From positions 4,814,691-4,878,690 of the forward strand of contig NW_003314261.1 in NCBI RefSeq assembly GCF_000143415.4: DNA of 64,000 bases, read 5' to 3'. Shown piece by piece: positions 25,820 to 36,292 of this stretch. The DNA comes from Selaginella moellendorffii. Its lineage: Eukaryota > Plantae > Lycopodiophyta. Within the stretch, counting starts at the first letter, position 1. Every line of letters begins with the position of its first letter. The translations under genes and the position numbers were made by a program. The notes beneath the pieces are model-generated. The model was not told the origin of the DNA and searched no databases. It saw only the letters and a program-made list of their open reading frames with translations.

Positions 25820-28800
25820 TGAGACAAATCAGGATCAAAGCGCACTGCGCTAGCGGACAGAACAGGAAAACCCTAATGTCTACGTGGTGAGGTGTGTCAT
25901 GTAACACTCCCCCCCAAACTGAAGCCACTCACCAAACCAAATCTGTTGCGTAGGAGCTGAAACTGGTGTGGCCCCAATGGCTTGGTGAGAAAATTGGCTG
26001 GCATGTCCTGTGTCCTGAGATGTTGGACGGCCAAGGTGCCACCATCAACCAACTCATGCATGTAGTGAAATTGGACTTCAATGTGCTTTGAGTAGGCATG
26101 GTGGACGGGGTTCTTGGACATGGCAATGCTGCTTCGGTTGTCACACCAAGAAGTAGTGGGGCTAGCTTGTGAACATCCCAGCTCAGCAAGTAACCCTTGA
26201 GCCCAGACCACATCCCTGCTACTAGTAGTGAGTGCAATGTACTCTGCTTCTGCACTAGAAAGGGCCACCATAGATTATTGCTTGGAGGCCCACGTGATGG
26301 CACCTCCTGAGAAGGAAAGGCAAATGCCAGAAGTCAAGCGATGACCTTTGTTGTTGGCAAAATTAGCATCCGTGTAGCATGTCAATGATGCATCACCCCC
26401 TGAATAAGCAATGCCATAGTCTATAGTGCCTTGGAGGTATCTCATAATACACTTGGCAGCTTGCCAATGTATGGTGGTTGGTGATGTGTTGTACTGACTC
26501 AAGGCAATAGTCATATATATGATGTCGAGGCGAGTCATTAGGGCCAAATATATGAGGCAACCAATGAGATGCCGATAGGGAGTCCCAGTGGGTAGAGGCT
26601 CACCAGACTACTCAACTATGAGGTTGATAGCACCAACGACCATCGGGGTCTTGATGGGGTGGCAATTATGCATACCAAACCAATCCAGCAAGACTTCAAC
26701 TTTACGTTGTTGGCTAAGCATGTAGCCACTGGACTCAAGATCATGTGTGACTTCAAAGCCAAGAAAGTAGGAGACTTGGCCAAGATCCTTCATCTGGAAT
26801 TGTTGGCTGAGAGTAGCTTTTAGAGCAGCAATGGCATTGGTGTAATCACCCATGATGAGCAAATCATCAATGGAGAGGGCCACAATAAGCATGTGCTCAG
26901 CATGACCATTGACATACACATTGTGATCAGCATGACAGCGATGAAAGCCTTGAGCACGTAGGGTGGCATCAAATTTTTTATACCAAATACGGGAGCTCTA
27001 TTTTAGGCCATACAAAGCTTTCCGCAGTTGCCATATAGGGCCACCAAGGGCAACATCATCCTCAAAACCAGGAAGTATATGCATATAGATGTCCTCTTGC
27101 AAATCCCCATTCAAAAATGTAGTTTTGATGTCCATATGGTGGACTTGCCATTTGCGAGCAGCTGCAAGTGCAAAAAGAGTATAGAGGCTAGCCATTTTTA
27201 CAACCGGTGAGAATGTTTCATCGTAGTCAAGGCCATGGACTTGGTGAAAACCGCGAACAACCAACCGTGCCTTATAATGTACAACCTAACCATTTTTCCC
27301 ATACTTCTTGGAAAAAATCCATTTTGGATCCAAGACATGTCATCCTAGTGGCACTAAATCAACTGGAACATAAGTTCAGTTAACCTGAATGGAAGAAACT
27401 TCTTCCACAATAGCTTCCATCCAAGATGAAGCCTCAAGTCCTGAGATGGCCTCATCATAGGTCATGGGGATGCCGACGTAAAAAAGGCCACAAATGTCAT
27501 CAAGTTCTGCAGCATCTGCTTCAGCATTTTCCCGGACTTTCAACGAGGGCCGACGTTCCCAAGGGTGATCAAGAACTGGCATCAGATCAAGCATGCCACG
27601 ACAGCGACAAGGTGGTGGAGGTGTCGGAGGCCTATCCTCAACTGGAGGAGCATCAGCTGGTTCAAGCATGTCCAGAAGTGGAGGATTCCCCAGTGGAATC
27701 TCTGGTGGCAACTCAGGAATAGGATCTTGAAGCAGAGGCAAGAGTGGACCATCTCCCATAAATGGGATCAAAGGAACAAGTTGAGTCTCAGCAATGAAAG
27801 AAGGATCTTGAAGAGCCTCTGTACACATGGGAAAGTTATCTTCATTGAACATGACGTCTATGCTTACAAGAGAGATGCAAGAACAACTTGTAAGCTTTTC
27901 TACTGATAATATCGCCCTGTGCATATCCCACGAAGATGAATTTTTTACTTTTGGGATCTAGCTTTTTCTGAAGTTGATCAGGGGTATGTGCATATGCTGC
28001 ACAACCGAAGACCCAAAAGTGGGACACATCAGGAGTGGAACCTATCCAAAATGCCTCAAGGGTTTTTCCATCCAAAGCAACTGTGGCAAGGTGATTTTGT
28101 ACGTGCATTGCGGTGGCTATAGCCTCTTGCCAAAACATCTTGTCAAGATGTGCATCAGCTAACAAAGCGCAAGCAACATTGACAAGAGTGCAATTCTTCC
28201 TTTCTGCAACACCATTTTGCTAGGAGCAGGCTGTGGCTTGCAATCGTATGCCTACATCATGACAGATGCCCCGAAGCTCATTGTTGAGGTATTCACCACC
28301 ACTATCAACTCAAAGAGCTTTTATCTTTCAACCAAGGATGTTTTTAACGTAGGCCTTGTACATTTGAAAGGCAGCAACTACATCACTCTTACGTATCAAG
28401 AAATGGATGCATGTTCGACGGCTATAATCATCAATGAATGTGAAGAAATATCTTGCACCATCGTGACTTGGCACGTCCATGGGGCCGCAAAGATCAGAAT
28501 GGACCAAATCTAGAAGTCCAAGTGCTTGATGCTTACTCGGTGAGAAATTCCGGTGGTGATGCTTGCCTAAAATGCAAGCTTCACAAAATGTAGATGGGAT
28601 ACGTTGAAAGTCCAATCCAGTAACAATATCTTGGGATTTCATCTGTTGAAGATGAACATGACCAAGTCTCTTATGCCAAAGCTTCACACAAGAATCGGCC
28701 TCTATAGTCTGAAAGGCCTAAACCAGGTTGGTAGCAATAATCTCATACAAGTCCCTAATGTGTGACCCACGAAACAATTGTGTACCAAGCATATGAAAGT

Positions 28801-30332
28801 CACTAGAGTCAACCAAAGAAACTCCCTTTTCATCAAAGACTACATTTTAATCACATATTTTGGCGACGGACATTAAGTTTCATCGCAAGGTGGAAACATG
28901 CATGGCACCATCAAAGGCCATGGTCCTCCCATGATCAAGTGAGAGCCAAAATTGTTTGATGCCTTCTATAGGGATAGTGGTATTGTCACCTAAATGAACA
29001 CCATATTTTCCAATGCTCAGTTGATAACACTCAAAAAGACTCTTCTTATTGCCCATAAGATTAGTACAACTAGAGTCTAGGAGCCACCGGCTTGGTGCTG
29101 CAATTGCCTCTGCGTTGTAGAGCTCTTCAGCATCCTCATTTGCTGTAGCGATTCCATCACGCTCGAGCAGATTGAGTCGCTTGACAGGCTTGGGAGCAAG
29201 GCAATATTGAGCCCAGTGGCCCATCTCCAAACAACGAGCACACTGATTCTTAGCAAGTCTAGGCTAGCTGAGCAACACCTATGGCACCAAGAGTGAAATG
29301 GATGTCTTCAACATCCATTCACAAATAGATTCCTTCAGGCTAGAGGAAACTGGCAGCATCCAGACTCACACTGCTAAGCTCTAGGGCTTCTTCACACAAC
29401 TTGCGACTACAATGGATGTCTTCAACATCCATTCACAAATGGATTCCTTGAGGCTAGAGGAAACTGGCAGCATCCAGACTCACTGCTAAGCTCCAGGGCT
29501 TCTTCACACAACTTGCGGCTGCTGGGGCAAAGCACTGTCTCACAGATGAGTAGTAGAGGTTGTAGCTTTACAGGTCTTTGCCAACTAGCTGATGTAAGCT
29601 CATGAGTTTGGACTTCCCGAGAGGTCACTCAGCCTAGTACTATTCAAACCCACCAAATATCCCAAAACCCTTAACCGATTAGAAAAAGTGCACTTTTATT
29701 CATGGGCCCTTTCCCTCTATATGGATTGTTTTTCAAGTCGTTCCCTTTAGTTACTTACAGTTGGAAGAATGCAATTGAAAGCCTACTTCTCCAACTAGGG
29801 ATGATTTGGGCAGATGCCATGAGGAGTCTTCGCAATATTGAGGCCATGCAAAGCGAGAGAGCTCAAATGCCATAGGCTGTGTATGCTTCGTAGTCTTCTG
29901 GTGATGCCAAGGTGGCAAAACCACATATAGCTGCAAATGCCCAGAAAGAGCAAAATTCCGTGGCATTTGGGCATGCCAACTTCCAAAGCTTTGCTATAGT
30001 GGATTTTGGAAATTTGAGGACAAGCACATCACAATACTCCCTCTAGCCTTGGAATCCCAAAGGTTCCAATCACGCACCTCAACAGTGCCAGAGCCTAGAG
30101 CTGGTGATGACTCTATCCCATCTACAATCCCCAACAACCCATGAAACAAGAGATAAGATTCAAGATGGATCTTGAATCCCTCAAACCCTTCTCCATCAAA
30201 CTCATAGATGGATCCTTCCATAGTGTTATCCTAGCTCCGATACCATGAGACAAGTCGGGATCAAAGCACACCGCGCTAGTGGACAGAACAGGAAAACCCT
30301 AATGTCTATGTGGCAAGGTGTGTCATGTAACA
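25820..30332 (-). mobile_element. Full-length Ty1/copia LTR retrotransposon (4513 bp), decayed ORF
   Basis: 87-bp LTRs at 25820-25906 and 30246-30332; exact TSD agtac; PBS TGGTATCGGAGC at 30234-30245; PPT from 25907. Domains: gag (MEGSIYEFDG..), protease (WLLDSSCTNLM), GAG-pre-integrase (LWHKRLGH), integrase (DLVHSDLCGP), RT (GLDYDETFSPV), RNase H (VALSSAEAEY). Confidence 0.97.
29297..29517. repeat. Tandem duplication (~114-bp period) inside the copia gag region
   Basis: aatggatgtcttcaacatccattcacaaat...cttcttcacacaacttgcg occurs at 29297 and 29411. Confidence 0.9.
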
Positions 30333-30337
30333 AGTAC

Positions 30338-31105
30338 TGCTGTTCATGGTTTCATGGGGAAAATTGTCTGTGAACAGTGCAAAGACCATTCTCACAAAAG
30401 AGAGCATCATGTTTGAACTGATTGATGCATTGTCACTGATGAGGAGCGCGGCCACTTTGCTCGGTGTGAAAGAGAGGGGCCCCCTGAGAGCCTTGTTTGC
30501 TGGGCTGTGTGCTTCTTACTTGCAAGCAGGCTTGCAAGAGAATGGTCAAGAAGAAATTAGTTCCACCAACAAATACTTTCATTCCATAAAGAGCCACTTC
30601 GGTTCTGCAGAAGATCACTTTAATGCTGCGGAAGAGTACGCTCGAGATGAGTATAATCAGCTAGCAACAGTCTGCGACTCCGGTGTGATTACCAGGGCCA
30701 GGGAGTTTGTGGAGAATGTGTTGTGGTTTGGGGACGAAGAGCTCATTGGCAAGGTGGCCGGATTGCTCATGGACCGGACGCACTTAACTTCGAAGCTACT
30801 AAATTCCTCCCCAGAGTATTGTTGCGGTGGCTATGGATTCCACTGCTGCCGAGAGGAACGCTTTGAGGAATGTGGTGGAGGCGAGGATGGATCACTTGCG
30901 TTCCGGGCTCGAGTATGGAGGGGAGAGGATGACGTCGAATCCATTCAGGAGGGCGAGGATTGGAGGTGTGCTGCCGGAGGATCAAGTGCTGGAAAATCCG
31001 CGGAGGCTCCGTGCTCTGTGGGAGATCCGCGTGGAGGAATTCAAAGATCATGCTGCCGCCGAGCTCAATGATTTGGGGCTCGTCTTGAACAAGCTGGTTC
31101 CGTAA
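30338..31105 (+). pseudogene. 2OG-Fe(II) dioxygenase-like gene, copy 2, 3' part
   Basis: Removing the copia rejoins LVLV-LLFMVSWGKL, as in copies 1 and 3. Ends EFKDHAAAELNDLGLVLNKLVP*. Frameshift near 30810. Confidence 0.9.
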
Positions 31106-31489
31106 GGCAGTAAAAACTAGCTTGATATGTTGGTTTTACGATTTACGGTCATGTTTGTTTGGCATCTTGATCCTTTCGCATTTTCTCCTCCGTGAAATCA
31201 CACACGGGCTTTTTCGAGTTTGATGGATGGTGTTTCTGTTTAGAGTATGAAACAAATGAAGGAAATATCTTCTTGTGGAAAGTTTTCTTTGAGATTCTCC
31301 TCGTAGCCGGCAATCGGCAACGTCCACGAGTGCATATAATATGTGTTGGGGAAGCTGGTTTTCGAGCGCAAAAACAATCAAAGTTTGGATGGGATTGCAA
31401 GATGGGGATATCACAACAACATGGATCTCGGTTTTAGATTGCTGGAAGAAAAATCGTAAGAAGTTTAGAAGTTTCTTTCGGTTCGTGTA

Positions 31490-31772
31490 CCATCAGGAAA
31501 TCATATTCTCTGACTGCGATATACAGCCGTCGGAGAGCAGTAGCTCTTCCACTTGCTTGGGCTTGAGAAGCTGCATCACGCACAGGTAATCTTCCAGGAC
31601 CGGATCCACATTGAGGTCTGCGACCAGCGATCGTACCATGCTCGTAAAGATGTCGTTGTCCTGTCCGTTCCTATTGTTCCAGGACTCCAAGATTCTCCAT
31701 CAAAGGGGTGAGCCTGGATCATCGCGTTCCACGCGACCGGATCCTGAGCATGAGCTTGATTGATGATGCGCA
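31490..31772 (-). pseudogene. Degenerate PPR copy (psi-b), heavily deleted
   Basis: DPVAWNAMI, ESWN, NGQ, DNDIFTSMVRS, VDPVLEDYLCVMQLLKPKQVEELL match non-contiguous blocks of the intact PPR. Confidence 0.9.
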
Positions 31773-33892
31773 TGAGGTCTCACCGTCCAGCACTTGGGCT
31801 GTTCCAAGGCCTTCGAATTCCAATCCCCCAGCGGCTACTTCTACACCACTTTTTTTTTTGTGATTGCGAGCATAAGCTTGACGAGGTGACGAGTGGATCG
31901 AGGCTGTGCCTGGTGTTTTGTTTGGTGAGGAAGAACACCAAGTTCCTGGGTGTGGATGATAGTGCTTTTTACATATCATCACTGCCCCGCGTCCAGTCTT
32001 TGATGCCCTCCCGCTGTGAAGGTCTTCGAGCAAAGATGGTGATCCCGCTCTGCCACAAGTACTCGAGCAAGAGCTTGCGCTTTTCTGGGCTTAAGGGACA
32101 CGACCGCGTGGTGGCTGCACTTCGATCCGGGGGTGTGATTTCCCGGACCTCCATCTCTGCACGCTTACCAAGCTTGAAAAGGTCGATGATGATGTGATAT
32201 TGATGACGAGCACTGGATCGAGAACTGGGTCTCAACCGAGGATCACTGTGTGGAATTTGGAAGATGTCAGATCAATGTTGAAGAAGACGTATTGAGATGC
32301 GCTGGTGGTAAGAGCCGTTTAACAACTTCTACGATAAGGAAAAATTTGACAATGAAGGCTACCGGGGGGAACGACGGGAATTTCCGAGTACTTCTATCAC
32401 GTAGCAGTGCTGGTGGCCTCGCCCAAGAGCAAACGCTGTGTGGTTATTCTCTCGAATTGTTTGAGTCCCGTCCACAGCACGATTGTGGTTGGGCTCGTGA
32501 AAGACGCTGCCACTGTTGAGAATGCAAAGGAAGAGGTGCACAAATTGCTGGTGAACTAGCCTGAACTGGTTTTGGACTTGTGCCTCGGGAAGGACGAGAT
32601 GTTTGATCATGGAGATGAGAATTTGGTGGGCAAGCTCAAGTCCGCAGCGTATGAGCATGGAGCGATCGAGCTGGCGAGAATGCTCATGAAATCTGTCAAG
32701 GAATATCCTGACAATTTAGGGAAGCTGTTAGAATTCTTTCTCGACACTCCCCGGAGATCGTCTCAGAAGCCCCGCTGGAGTGCGTTGCATTGGCAGTGCA
32801 TCGCAGCCACAAGTACCGCCAACTCGTAGAGGCTCGAGTGGACAAGCTAACATCAACGGATTTGGAAGCAAGAGAAACTCAGGCTAAAACGTCCATCGTG
32901 GTGCAACCATCTTCAACGTTCATGGACAGTATATAGTATTTCAAATTGGTGTTTACACAATCTTACAGCTTCAGAAATCGTTTCTCGTAAAGAACCGACG
33001 AACGAAACAAGAAATTTAAGTGTCGTGAAGTTGATCTCAAAGCTTGCGGCGTATGGCTTGCTGCAGCTCGCAAGCAAGGTGGAAAAGCAGCTGCTGGTGG
33101 ATCTGGAAGAGGAACTCAGACTGGACCACAAAGGCAGCTACAATGAAATGCTAGTACTGCCGTTCATGGTTTCATGGGGAAAGTTATCGATGAACACTAC
33201 AAAGTCCGTATTCTGGGTGAAGAAGAAGGTGATGAATAATGCATTGACAGTGATAAGAAGCACGGCCGGTTTGCTAGGCGTGAAAGAGAATGGCGCAGTA
33301 ACAGCCTTGTGTTGCTGGGTTGTATGCTTCTTACTTGCAGGCAAATGCTCCTCGACCAGACTTCGATTCCACGACTGAGCACTTTAAATTTGGTTCTCCG
33401 GAAGAGCACTTCGATTTTGCAGAAGAGCGCGCTCGAGATGAGTATAATCGGCTGGCGAGTGGCTACCATTCCAGTGTGATTCCCGTGGCCAGGGATTTTG
33501 TGGAGAATGTGTTCTGGTTCGGGGACGAAGAGCTCATCGGCAAGGTGGCTGGATTGCTCATCGACCGGACGCACTTAAGTTGGAGGCTATTAAGTTCTTT
33601 TTCTCCGAGCATCGTTGCGGTGGCTATGGATTCCAGTGCTGACCGTGTTCCATCCTCGCCTCCACCACCTTCCTCAAGCGTTCTGCGTTCCGGGCTCGAG
33701 TAAGGGGAGGAGAGGATCAAGCCAAATCCTTTCAAGAGGGCGAGGGTTGGAGATGTGCTGCCGGAAGAGCAAGTGCTGGAAAACCCGCGGAGACTCCGTG
33801 CTCTGCACGAGATCCGGGTGAAGGAATTCAAGGATCATGCTGCTGCGGAGCTCGAGGATTTGGAGCCCGTCTTGAACAAGTTGGCTCCGTAA
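31773..33892 (+). pseudogene. 2OG-Fe(II) dioxygenase-like gene, copy 3 (5'-truncated, frameshifted)
   Basis: Begins mid-domain (ggtctcaccgtccagcac, GLTVQH), includes CDCEHKLDEVTSGSRLCLVF, and is collinear to ...VLNKLAP*. Confidence 0.9.
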
Positions 33893-34260
33893 GTACACAA
33901 TGTATACAGTCGAAGAGAGAGCCTTTGGGACGAAATCTTTGTTTATGCTTATGTCTGCTGTGAAAGCGATATCTATTGAGAATAAATCCGGCCACAGTTG
34001 ATGCGCTGTCCACAATTGAATGTGATGATCAAGATCGTAATTTCGAGCATCTTGAAGAAGCCAAGGAGCCCTTTAATATAATGAACTTGGGACGACCAAG
34101 AAAACCCGTACAGATATAACGTCATGAGCATTGGAGCAATTGCGAAAGAGCGTGGGCGGATCGGCGATCGATGCGCAAAACGCCCCGGGCCGAGGCATCG
34201 GGTTCACCGGGCGGGGGAGCTCTCGCATAGATCTTGGCAATCTCGAGGGCGGAAACCATA

Positions 34261-35946
34261 TCATACACAGACTGCGATAGGACACAGCCGTCGCAGAGCT
34301 TTCTCGGCCATCTCAGTGAGCTCCTTGTCCCCGGCCCTCTGGCAAACCCCAAGAAAAGTCTTCCACACGTCGTAGTCCGGCTCGAAAGGCATGCAGTTGA
34401 GCAGCTCTTCCGCTTGCTTGGGCTTGAGAAGCTCCATCACACAGAGATAATCTTCCAGGACCGGATACACCTCAAAGTCTGCGACCATGGATCGGAGATA
34501 GCTTGCAGCTTCGTCAGTCCGGCCTAGAGACCTGCACGCGGATACCATGCTCGTAAAGATGCCGTTGTCCGGCATCACACCCCTGAGCACCATGTTGGAG
34601 AGCAAACTCACAGCCGCTGCATACTTCCCCTTCGTGGCCAATCCAGACACCATCAAACTCCACGACTCCAAGTTCTTCTCCTCTATCGAATGGAAAACCG
34701 AGGTTGCCTCCTCGAGAGACCCCAGCCTCAAGAACGTCTTGAGAAGCAAGTTGTTCAGCTCCAGATCTCTGAGGCAAGAGCTCCACCGAAACTCCTTCGC
34801 AATCTTCCCAGCATCGTCCAAATTGGTGCACGACTCCATGACCGTGAGGAACGAGTTCTTGTCCGGCTTGACATATCTCTGGATCATCCCCTTGAAGATC
34901 TTGTACGTGTCCCCTGCCTGTCCGTTCCTGTTGTAGGCCGCCATGATCGTGTTCCACGACTCCAAGTTCCGCTGCGCTCCCATTCCCTCGAACAGAATCC
35001 TAGCCTCCTCGATCTCTCCATGCAAAGAGTGAGCACGGATCATCGCGTTCCACGCGACCGGATCCCTGTTGGGCATGAGCTTGAAGATGCGCTTCGCTTC
35101 AGAGAACATCGCCCGATCGAGGTAAGCCATGAGCAGCGTCGTCCACGGAGCCTCGTACGAAGTAGACATCTTGTTGAACACGTCCTGCGCGTCGCTGATC
35201 TCTCCAGCCTTGAGGTAAGCCTCGAACAGCGGCGTGCAAGAAGCCACACTCGGGTTCTTCATCCTGTGCACCATCTCCTTCGCCGTCGCAAGATCCCCGC
35301 TCTCGGCAAATGCTGCGATCATAGCTCCCCACACTCTCTCGTGCCCGGGCGAAGCTCGGAAGATCGTGAACGCCCTCTGCGGCATCCCGGCACGCGCATA
35401 CCCCTCGATCATCGTCACCCAGAGGTCCACTGCCGGATCCTTCGCCAGCTTGAACAGCTCCTTGGCCTCGTCCATGAGCCCTCTCTGGGTATACGCCGAG
35501 AGCATGATGTTCCAAGTCTTGACGTCCCTCTTCGCAGCACCATCGAAGAACTCCCTGGCCTCCTCGATCCTCCCGTTCACAATGTAAGCCTCCAGCATGT
35601 TGTTGAGCGCAATCATGCTGTTACTAGTCGGCAGAGTGTCATACGCGTAGCGCGCTTCCTCGGTGCTGTTGCAAACGCCGAAGAGCTTGATCAGGAGATT
35701 GCCCAGGAAGCCATCGTGGTCGTATCGCCTCTTTCTGATCAGTCCCTGGAGCCGGCGGCCCTCCTCGAGACCTTTCTCTTTGATACATCGTCGCAGGAGG
35801 AAGTAGTAAGCATCCTTGCTGCTCCCTCGATCGGATCTCGCGATGAATTCCACAGCCTCGGACAAGCTTCCCTCTTTGTAGTCACCAGCCACAGCTCGCA
35901 GCAGCGATCGAAAGTGTAAAAGCCTGGAGAGTGAGACCCGGACCAT
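34261..35946 (-). CDS. PLS-class pentatricopeptide repeat protein with a truncated E-like C-terminus and no DYW (561 aa, intronless)
   Basis: Tandem PPR motifs (e.g. RDVKTWNIMLSAYTQRGLMDEAKELF, RDPVAWNAMIRAHSLHGEIEEARILF) and E-domain start MPFEPDYDVWKTFLGVC. The N-terminus resembles an organellar transit peptide. Confidence 0.95.
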   Translation of the reverse strand: MVRVSLSRLLHFRSLLRAVAGDYKEGSLSEAVEFIARSDRGSSKDAYYFLLRRCIKEKGLEEGRRLQGLIRKRRYDHDGFLGNLLIKLFGVCNSTEEARYAYDTLPTSNSMIALNNMLEAYIVNGRIEEAREFFDGAAKRDVKTWNIMLSAYTQRGLMDEAKELFKLAKDPAVDLWVTMIEGYARAGMPQRAFTIFRASPGHERVWGAMIAAFAESGDLATAKEMVHRMKNPSVASCTPLFEAYLKAGEISDAQDVFNKMSTSYEAPWTTLLMAYLDRAMFSEAKRIFKLMPNRDPVAWNAMIRAHSLHGEIEEARILFEGMGAQRNLESWNTIMAAYNRNGQAGDTYKIFKGMIQRYVKPDKNSFLTVMESCTNLDDAGKIAKEFRWSSCLRDLELNNLLLKTFLRLGSLEEATSVFHSIEEKNLESWSLMVSGLATKGKYAAAVSLLSNMVLRGVMPDNGIFTSMVSACRSLGRTDEAASYLRSMVADFEVYPVLEDYLCVMELLKPKQAEELLNCMPFEPDYDVWKTFLGVCQRAGDKELTEMAEKALRRLCPIAVCV

Positions 35947-36039
35947 CTTCTTTGCTTCTCTGCCGCTATAAACCCCGGATGATTCTCTATTATATACAAG
36001 CTAGTCCAGAACCCCGAGCTTCCTGGTTCTACCACTTAT

Positions 36040-36260
36040 CTACGATGGCAAGATCCCCCACTGGTGTAGCAGGCCTTTCCCCGACGCTATCTCCAGGACG
36101 AGCAGCACAAGGACTGCTAGCATCGCCACCCTTCCGTTCCAAGTCTCGGCGCTCTTTGTCCAGCCCCATTCCCAGACTGCTACTGGAGCTGGAAGTTCCC
36201 TCCGTTGTGTATCATACGTTGCGAGTAACTCTCCTACGCTTCCGAGAGGAACGAGCGCCT

Positions 36261-36292
<32 letters not shown>

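Noticed and set aside
34690-35919. 409-aa antisense ORF over the PPR gene (similar shadow ORFs over the ERF, VDR and CBS genes)
   Set aside because: Expected by-product of GC-rich codon usage on the coding strand; no recognisable protein features.
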